Below, one piece after another: positions 55,873-64,000 of a stretch of DNA of 64,000 nucleotides (within the stretch, counting starts at the first letter, position 1; the number at the start of each line of letters is the position of its first letter). The DNA lies in IMG/VR virus record IMGVR_UViG_3300046059_000013; one strand, 5' to 3'. The notes beneath the pieces were generated by a model. That model did not search any database. It was not told where the DNA came from and saw only the letters and a program-made list of their open reading frames with translations. Both the position numbers and the translations under genes were made by a program. The DNA is from a virus.

Positions 55873-56405
55873 CTGATGTAAGTTTGGTTCCCGAGCACCG
55901 CGCCCAAAAAGCAGTCCAAAAAGCTCTGGAAGCCGCTGGAAGCATCGTCCCCACCAGCGCTTCACGGGAGTACCCTGGCCTAAGAACGGAAGACTTGCTT
56001 ACGATTCACGTCGCCAACGCAATTCGCAAGCACGAGAAAGCCGTGCTCGAACACGCCGCCGACCGGTTACGACAAGAGGCAAGGGCCTGCGATTCCCCCA
56101 CCAAAGGCGAAGGACTCTGCCAAGCCATGTTCATCCTCAAAGAGAGGGCTCCTGAGACGCATACCGACGAGTCGCAGAACCGCATCAAGCCAGGTAGCGG
56201 AACCATCGAGAAAAGCCACGATAAGCCCGGTGACGAGGAAACCGGGTACCCGAAACCTGGAGAGAAGCGTGGTGTCATCGCCCTGCGAAATGCTATCGCC
56301 ACTTGCAACCCTGCTATGAAGCCTCTCGTGAACGAGGTAGCTGAAGAGCTACTCTCTGGACGACGCCACGTGGACGTATGGCTAGAAGAAGGACACGATG
56401 TCTGA
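55869..56405 (+). CDS. Hypothetical protein (HEKAVLEHAA motif)
   Basis: Motif shared with 56836-57135. Confidence 0.6.
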   Translation: MTDVSLVPEHRAQKAVQKALEAAGSIVPTSASREYPGLRTEDLLTIHVANAIRKHEKAVLEHAADRLRQEARACDSPTKGEGLCQAMFILKERAPETHTDESQNRIKPGSGTIEKSHDKPGDEETGYPKPGEKRGVIALRNAIATCNPAMKPLVNEVAEELLSGRRHVDVWLEEGHDV

Positions 56406-56835
56406 AACTGTAAACGCTCTAGACGCTGAAGTCCAGCAGAGGAATGGCCGAGACGACGTGCTTGTTCTCCCTTGCCCAAAGTGCCAGACCAAATTCTACC
56501 GGACAGTTGAACCAACAGGTTGGAGCTATGCTATTGCAAGCAAGCTCGAATCTGAAGTAAAACTCCATCTAGAAAATGACTGCGAGGCACACAGAAATGA
56601 CTGACCAGGAAACCCTGAGATTCCTCTACAGCCTCCAAGCCCAACTCCGCATGGTCCGCACACGCATTAAACCCACCAAACCACACCCAGACGCACCAGA
56701 AAACCAGGGCACCATCGCCGACCCGGACCTCTGCATCGAAAAGCTAGAAGCCATACACAACCGCGCTATGGAACTGCATGACAAACTTGAAACCAGGTAC
56801 GAAGCCGACAACGAAGCCGCTTACGGTGATAATTT

Positions 56836-57135
56836 ATGACAGAAGAGCACGAGCAACCCGACGTAGAGACGAAAGCCCGAGCCGCTATCGCCTGCGCCCG
56901 TACAGAACCTATCCGGGATTACGAGGCGGTAGCCGACGCGCTCCGCGAGCACGAAAAAGCCGTGCTTGAACACGCTGCCAAGGAAATTACTGACCTCAAA
57001 GTGGAGAATTCCTTCCCCGGCTACCAAGAGGATTCCACGTACAACGGTTGCATCACGGACGTGGTGAACAAATTTCGCGAGATGGCGGCGGAGGCTCGGC
57101 AAGGCAACGAGGAGGACCACGACGATGGGAGTTGA
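56836..57135 (+). CDS. Hypothetical protein (HEKAVLEHAA motif)
   Basis: Paralogous segment with 55869-56405. Confidence 0.6.
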   Translation: MTEEHEQPDVETKARAAIACARTEPIRDYEAVADALREHEKAVLEHAAKEITDLKVENSFPGYQEDSTYNGCITDVVNKFREMAAEARQGNEEDHDDGS

Positions 57136-58181
57136 ATGCCTCGAGTGCGGCCAGTTCAACGCTGACGTGTGCTTCGAATGTGGAGCCGAGCTACCACCGT
57201 CACAGGGGGTCAGCGAGGAGGAGTACGAGCGGCAGCAGGGCGAAAGCTACGAGCTTGGGAAGTTGTCGCGGCTGACCGACCTTTCGGGCGAGTTGCGGGA
57301 ACGAGCCGGAGAGAGGTTTGCCGAAGACAACATGGACGAAGCGATGTGGCTCAAGGACATCGCCGAAGAGCTTGAAGAACGACACACCAAGGAACGTGAA
57401 CGCTGGGAAGACAAATACCTGGAGGACCACACAGATGCCTGATGAGAATGAGCCTCTTGCTACGTTGAAAGCCATCGCCGAGAACGGTTCCGAAAAGGCT
57501 GCACCACACACGATTGAGGCCGCGTGCGCTTGGGCGGTCAAAGAGATTAAAGAGCTCCGCTCGCAGACTTTGGAACCACCGTGCGCGAACCTCAACTGCG
57601 AAGACGGGAACGGTAAAACCCATATTGCTGGAATGGCGCTCGGGAAGCCGGTAGAGGTTCGCGTGTGCGAGGAGTGCGCCACTAATGCCTGAAACTGCGC
57701 CCGAGAACCAAGTCCGCGTCGCCTTCGAACCCCAAGGAGGCAACATCGACATCCTGTGCAAGCACAAACAGCGATACGAAGCCGACCACGTTCCCGAACC
57801 AGGCTACGTAGCCCTGCACGCAACGTGCAAGCAAGGCTGCACGGACCTGACCCTCGTAGGAACGAGTGCTAACGTCGGCATCGGACCCAAGGTGACGACT
57901 CATGACTGACAAGCACAAGCCCCTGAGCAGCGACGAACTGGACAATCTTGAAGCGAGGTTCAACAACCACTATTTTGGAGGCTTTAAGGACAACCGCGAC
58001 CGGCAGATGGTCCTCCGCCTCGTGCGCGAAGTGCGCCAATTGCGCAAGCGCAAGAGAAAGAACGCGACCATCCACTACGATGCTTGCGACGAGCACCTGT
58101 TCGATGCACCGTTCACGGGTGCCGGGTACGAGTGCCTCTGGTGCTTCGTGGAGGACAAAATCCAGGAAGAGGGGGAACAAA

Positions 58182-59189
58182 ATGACTGACGAGCACGGGG
58201 CGTTGACCGACGAGGACCTCGACCAACTGCAAGACTACGCCGAGGACCACGTTGAGGACTTCGGGAAAGGCTTCCCTGCGAGCCAGGTGCTCGCGCTCAT
58301 GCGCGAGGTGAGAAGGCAACGCGAAGCGCCCGAAGAGGAGACACCTTGGATGCGCTGCGAGGCCTGCAACCATGCGATTCTTAACCATGAAGTACACGCC
58401 TGGCCAGGACGGGTTACAGAAACGGGAATCCTTTGCGAAGCCTGCGAAGCTGCACAAAACCACACCAAGGAAGAGCAAAAGTGCAAGGTTTGCAGCCGTG
58501 ACTTCAGCGACTACAACGCATGGCCCCGCGACGGGTCCCCGCAACGATACTGCTCATGGCGCCACATGGTAAGAGACCAACTCAAGCTCAACGACGCGAA
58601 GCCGTCCGCGGGCGAGCAAGCAACAGCGCACCAAGACCACCTCGACGGATACCGGGACGGGTACCGTGAGGCGGTTGAGGACGCTGTTCAAGCCGCTCGC
58701 ATCGCCGCCGTCTCCGAGGCCGACAAGGACAACGTCGAGGCGAGCATCCGGCAACTCGCCCCCGACACCGCCGAGCCCGAAGACGGGCCCAACCATTCCA
58801 TGCCCAACGCGGACAAACTGAAAGAAAAGTTAGAAACTGTATGGGTTGTCCACACTCGCCCCGCTGACAGAGCAGAAGAGTTCCATCAACTAGCGGAAAC
58901 CGCCATCAACGCGCTAGAGAACAAGGACGAATTGTTAAGAGCAGAAAGACGCGGCAAAACCGACACCCTAGCGATGCTCAAACGTGTAGAGGAGGAACGC
59001 GACAACCTGCGCGACCTGTGCCAACAATTCGTGAACGCGCTCTTTGAAGAGGTCGCGTACCATGCGGGCTCGCTAAGCATTACGTCCTGCGACTACTGCG
59101 GGGTTGTGGATGCGGATGAACACAAGGACGACTGCCTGTTCACGGTGGCGCGAGTCGAGCACGGCATCGAACCAGGAGGCGACGCCTGA
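58182..59189 (+). CDS. Modular protein with several CxxC fingers and coiled coil
   Basis: CEAC x2, CKVC, CDYC. Confidence 0.65.
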   Translation: MTDEHGALTDEDLDQLQDYAEDHVEDFGKGFPASQVLALMREVRRQREAPEEETPWMRCEACNHAILNHEVHAWPGRVTETGILCEACEAAQNHTKEEQKCKVCSRDFSDYNAWPRDGSPQRYCSWRHMVRDQLKLNDAKPSAGEQATAHQDHLDGYRDGYREAVEDAVQAARIAAVSEADKDNVEASIRQLAPDTAEPEDGPNHSMPNADKLKEKLETVWVVHTRPADRAEEFHQLAETAINALENKDELLRAERRGKTDTLAMLKRVEEERDNLRDLCQQFVNALFEEVAYHAGSLSITSCDYCGVVDADEHKDDCLFTVARVEHGIEPGGDA

Positions 59190-60426
59190 TGCACGAGACC
59201 ACCCGGCTCACGGAGCACGAGGAAGACATCGGATGGCCACCAAAGGCATACCCCCACAACTTCATCGTCATAGACCCCCTTTCCGATCTTCGGAAAACTG
59301 TTCGGCGTATCAAGGGCCACGAGCACGATGACCCGGTAAGCGACTGCTGGAAGTGCAAGCGACTCCAGCGCGAACTAGAAAAAGTTGTGCAAGACACGAC
59401 TGGAGCCTCGTTCCACAACCAAGGAAAGGGGGAAGATTGATGCCGTCGAACAAGCTCGAACGACAACTCAACGAGGCGGACCTCTGCACTTTCATCGACC
59501 ATCGCGTAGGATTCGAGGGCAACATGAATGGGAACGCGAGTTTTGCAAGCGTAATCCTTACCTGGGGCGACGTGACTGCTTCCTATATTCGAGCTTTGAA
59601 CCAGATGGGACTCGTGATGGAAACGCACGATGTTGCACCCGAAACCAACGATGAATAACTACAAACAACAGCTTAGGCGGAAACAACGCGAACTTCGTGA
59701 CCTGCGCCTTGAAATTTGCACGCACGATCCGCACGAGGCAGAGAGCACGTGCCCTGGCGCGGCCCTCGACCAAGCCCTAAAATGCCTAAACACGGCCATC
59801 CTTGACCTTGACCAGGAAGAAAACGATGCCGAGTAATACACCAAGATTCTGCCAAGCCAAAAGTTGCGACGCCACCCCACTCCCCGGGCACGACCGGTGT
59901 GGACGATGCTGGCAACTAATGATTCCCTTGGAGGAATCCTGATGGCCTGGGACGATAGAGAAAACATGGACCAGATTTCCTACTTCCCTCTTCAGTCATG
60001 ACGAAAGATGGTGAACAAGAATGACTAAAATCATGCACGAGTTTCGGGAATACAGCACTAAGTACGTTCACGAGTACCGGGAAAGCGGCACCAAACTGGT
60101 TCTCTGTAACAAGGAACCGTTAAGAGAATGGAAGCCCAAAACTTTTATCATCGCCACGGTCGATGCCCGTGATGAGCCCCTCTCCTACGCGGATGCCATC
60201 GAGATGAAGGAACAGGGTGTCTTCGACGAGATTCGCGAACACCAAAACCAGGACCAGGAGGACCCCGCGTGAGCATGATTGACCCCAACGATGTTGAAGA
60301 GGTCGAGGCTCTCCGCCACGACCTGCGGGCCTGCGCGTCCATGAACGTGCAACCCTCGACCACAGCAGCGGACCAGGCCGCAGACGTGCTCGACGCCTAC
60401 CTAGACCAGCTCGCGGAGGGAGAGCC

Positions 60427-61113
60427 GTGACGGACCCCCACGAGCATCCCATCTTGATGCACGACCGGAGCGTGCAAGGCATCCTTGACGCTCGGAAGAC
60501 GCAAACACGACGCCCCGTGAAGCCTCAACCCAAGCCCGTTCCTGAAGAACAGGTTGAGAAGGGAGCCCGAGACGGGTACTGGTGGCTATACAGCGATGGC
60601 CAAACCATGGTCCACGTCGACAAAATGGAAAGCGGGCACTCTCCCTATGGCCCAAAGGGGGACATCCTTTGGGTTCGGGAAGCCTGGCAGGTGCTCGGCA
60701 TCCGAGAACTTGACCCAGCCACCGGTGAGCACCGTGTCAGCGTCCGCTACCGCGCGGATAATGGGCACGAGTCCTTCCTCCTCAACAAGGACACGGAGGC
60801 TCTCGAGCAGGCCCGCCGCTTCGCGAAGAAGACAGGATGGAGCCCGAACATTTTCTGTCCCCGTTGGGCTTGCCGCCTCTTCTTGCTCGTCAAGGACGTG
60901 CGCGTGGAGCGCGTGCAAGACATCACTATCGAAGACGCGAAGGCCGAGGGTGTCGAGGTAGACCTCCGGGACAGGGTAGCGAACCACTACCGCGGCGCGT
61001 TCCAGAAAAACTGGAACGACACCTACGACGAGGACGGGCTCCGGTGGCGGGACAATCCCTGGGTTTGGGTTGTCGAGTTCGAGCGCTTCCACCACCAGGA
61101 GGAATCCGCGTGA
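60427..61113 (+). CDS. ASCH-like phage protein
   Basis: PILM....V.GIL..RKTQTRRPVKPQP; PYG..GDILWVREAW; W..NPWVWVVEF. Confidence 0.85.
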   Translation: MTDPHEHPILMHDRSVQGILDARKTQTRRPVKPQPKPVPEEQVEKGARDGYWWLYSDGQTMVHVDKMESGHSPYGPKGDILWVREAWQVLGIRELDPATGEHRVSVRYRADNGHESFLLNKDTEALEQARRFAKKTGWSPNIFCPRWACRLFLLVKDVRVERVQDITIEDAKAEGVEVDLRDRVANHYRGAFQKNWNDTYDEDGLRWRDNPWVWVVEFERFHHQEESA

Positions 61114-64000
61114 CATGGACGGTCTGCGCAGAGTGCAGGGCGCTGTGGATTGAGGACTACTGGGTCGAAGTCGCCAACCACACGCCCTTGGTTTGTCTCC
61201 GTTGCGGCGCCAAAAGCAGTTGTTTCTTCGAGCCTGACCTTCTCAACCCCTGCGAAGCCTGCACCGGCGAAGGTTACAAGGAGGAATCCACGTGACTCTG
61301 CCAGAGTGCGCAAGCTGCGGACACCCCATGCATCATTCGAGCGACACGGACAGCCTCGACGGTTACCCCTGCTGCGGGGACCCCGACGTGCGCCGATGCA
61401 CAAACAATCGTTGCGAAAGCTGGGAGAACGCGAACAGGCATCGGGCGTGCGGGAATTGTGGCACCTGGTGGGGCCCGGTAACGTGGTAGTCCCTACTACC
61501 CTGGAGGGACGCTCGTGACATTTGGCAAGGACCAATGTCCGTACTGTTACGAGGGCCGCCCGGTTGAGGCGTTCACGTTCTACGGTGGTACCGTGCATGT
61601 CTGTCAAGTGTGCGGGAAACCCGTGCGCTGGGGAGACCCACCCGGTTCACACGCTAGCATGGACTATCTGGCGGGTTGCGAGCCTGCTCGACCCAGCAAG
61701 GCGACACCATGACTCGGTTGCCCAAGTGCAGACACCCTCTCAACCCCTGGTGAATGCCTGATGCCCGGCTCGCCCGCTTGGGACGAGGTGGTCACCAACT
61801 GCTCCCAATGCTCGGACCCCGACAACCCCAACCAAGGCCTCGAGTGCAACCACCCCTACCGCGTAGCGCTGTACCTGTACGAGTGCCCCGAGTGCGGCGT
61901 GGCCAACATAAGCGTGCGCGCCAACGGGCGCATCGTCCCCCACGAACCCGGGCTCGGATACGTGCCCGACCTGCCTTGGGAGGTGCGCCGATGCGAGGCC
62001 AGTAACACGTTCGCCACGCGCGCCTACGACCTCACCCAGCAAGACGACGCCCAAGACAAGGTGACAAGATGAGCGATGACGAGACCAGCACAGATTTCCT
62101 CACCGCCCTCCACGGTGCGGAATGGACCCCAAAGAACAAGAACAACCGACTCCATCCCGTAATAAGGACGTGGAGCTTAAAAGTGCCGACTATCAAAGAA
62201 ATAATAAGGTCAAGCGAAGAGAAAAAGAGAGAAAGAGATGGCTAGGAAGTACTGGCGCAATCATGTTATCTGTGGCAAAAGCATCACCGACGGGGACGAC
62301 GTGGCCTTCTTTCTCGGCGGGCGCAACATCGTTCTCGGAAACATCAGCCACATTTACGCGGGCGACCATGGTACCGCTCCCCAGTTTGCCGCGTACGCCT
62401 TTGCCTTCAAGGGAGGCGGAATGGTGGAGGTCGATGATATAGAGGATGTGATTGTGAATCCCGACTTGCCCGACGACCGTCCCCGCTTTCTGGACGGTGG
62501 ACCAAACCGGTGGAAGCGACTCAAGGAATACCAGGAGGAAAAGAGCGATGGGAAGTAGCGAGAACGAAACCGTAGCATTTCTCTGCACTATCCACGACTG
62601 GGGTTCAATCGTTTATACTGGCACCAAGGAAGAGGCAGTTGAGAGAGCCAAGAGCAAAGCCGAAATGGAAAACTCCAGCCACACGGTTCGACCTCTTGAC
62701 GAGGAAACCGCGCGACTGTGCCGCATGGGCAAGGCACTTCCCAGGATCATGGGAATGCTTAGTCGTCTTGTTGACGGGCGCGGCGATCCCGAGGATATTG
62801 AGGAAAAGGCGCTTGAGCTTTATGATGATGCTCTTTCGCGTGATTCTCGATGAGCCGGAAAGGCAAACCAGAACCAGGCACGCTTTTGTGTCCTTCGTGC
62901 AACTCGTGGAGCCTGATTCATCCTGAATGGCCCGAAGGCCGTGTCAAGACAGTCAACGGTAATGAGATTGAGTGTGACCGGTGTGGTAAGATGCTTGTCG
63001 TGAAGGTCGAAGTGCGAGGGGGTAATGATGACTGACCATGGTAAAGGCGAGGCAACGCTAACGAGAATCTACTGCCCCTCGTGTCGCCGATGGAGTCTGA
63101 TTGGACCCAGTTTGTATGAGAGTAGTGTTAGGGTGTCTCCCGGTAGAACGTTTGAATGCGCTGAGTGTGGTAAGACGCTTCAGTTGAAGATTGAAGTGCA
63201 GGAAGATAACGATGGTTGACTTCGAAAACGTTGTCGAAGGCGCCCTTGTTTTGGGAATGATTCTAGGCGTGATGAACCTCGCGTATGGGTTGGCGGTGGG
63301 TGTCTTCTCCTTGTGGCTCGCCCTCCTCGCGGGGTTCAGCGGTGTTGCTGTTGCGGTTCTTTACGTTATCCACTCGCTGACGTTCACGTCCAGGATTCTG
63401 TTTCGAGAAGCCGATGGTAGAACGATTGAATTTTACGGGAAAACACTCGGGAAGAATTGGTCGCCGGGGAGTTGGGCTTTCGGCGTGTGGACTTGGAGGA
63501 AAGACGATGAGTAACCATCGCCACCATTACTACATTCGCTGCCCTCCGGGAGACCCCAACAAGTATATCATTTATGCCGTACCCGAGGGCCACAAGCCAG
63601 CGAAACCTGACATGGAGAAGGTCAGGTTGGAGGGCTATAGTGTTGAAGATGTGCTTGAACTCGTGGATGCTGAACGGGTAACGAGAGAGGAGGCCCTATC
63701 CAAGTCCCGCAAAACCAGGATGGTTAACCCTGACGTTAGAGTTAATCTTAGTGTGTGCCCGGCGTGCTCGCTTGATGCTTTCCAGACGGAGAAGGCCCGC
63801 CAAGTAGAGTTAGGAGAGCATGATCTTCCTTTGAGCATTTTTCAGAACCGAGTTCACAAGGCCCAAGGTAGAAAGGAGAAAGGGGGGCCGGGTAAGCGCC
63901 CTTGGAGCATTAAGGAGGGTAACGATGGGTGACCTGGGTGATACGGGTCTCAAGAAGTTGAGCCCTTCGCTTAGTTCCGTTCTTCTTGATATTGTTCGGG

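Larger units (their letters stand above)
53913..63932 (+). other. Dense array of about 30 co-oriented small early ORFs, many with CxxC motifs
   Basis: Examples: 53913-54164, 54800-55129, 55132-55317, 56398-56604, 56597-56839, 57125-57442, 57435-57692, 57685-57909, 57902-58189, 59189-59440, 59440-59658, 59651-59836, 60021-60272, 61292-61489, 61515-61712, 61761-62072, 62238-62558, 62548-62853, 62850-63035, 63025-63219, 63212-63514, 63507-63932. Many are linked by ATGA/GTGA overlaps. Confidence 0.7.

Overview
A 64-kb segment of a large contractile-tailed (myovirus-like) dsDNA virus. The host is most likely a haloarchaeon, judging from the acidic proteome, an intein-bearing PolB, BRE/TATA-like promoters, many CxxC micro-proteins and haloarchaeal-type IS200/IS605 elements. 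Layout: end of an interrupted polB (+, 1-2.7 kb); a long minus-strand morphogenesis region (portal, S49 protease/scaffold, decoration, encapsulin-like MCP, neck, sheath, tube, frameshifting chaperone, tape measure, baseplate, fibre, putative lysis genes; 2.7-41.7 kb); a ~10-kb accessory appendage module with an antisense glycosyltransferase plus two sulfotransferases between the neck and tail genes; and a divergent early region of small ORFs (48-64 kb). No terminase, tRNA or CRISPR array was recognised. The most unusual signal is RNA-guided: three TnpB nucleases with intact catalytic residues, one TnpA, two elements sharing an identical 81-nt omegaRNA core, and at least three orphan IS605 right-end (guide-junction) units in intergenic gaps far from any tnpB. 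These could act as a dispersed set of guide RNAs. All calls are by eye; no database searches were run.
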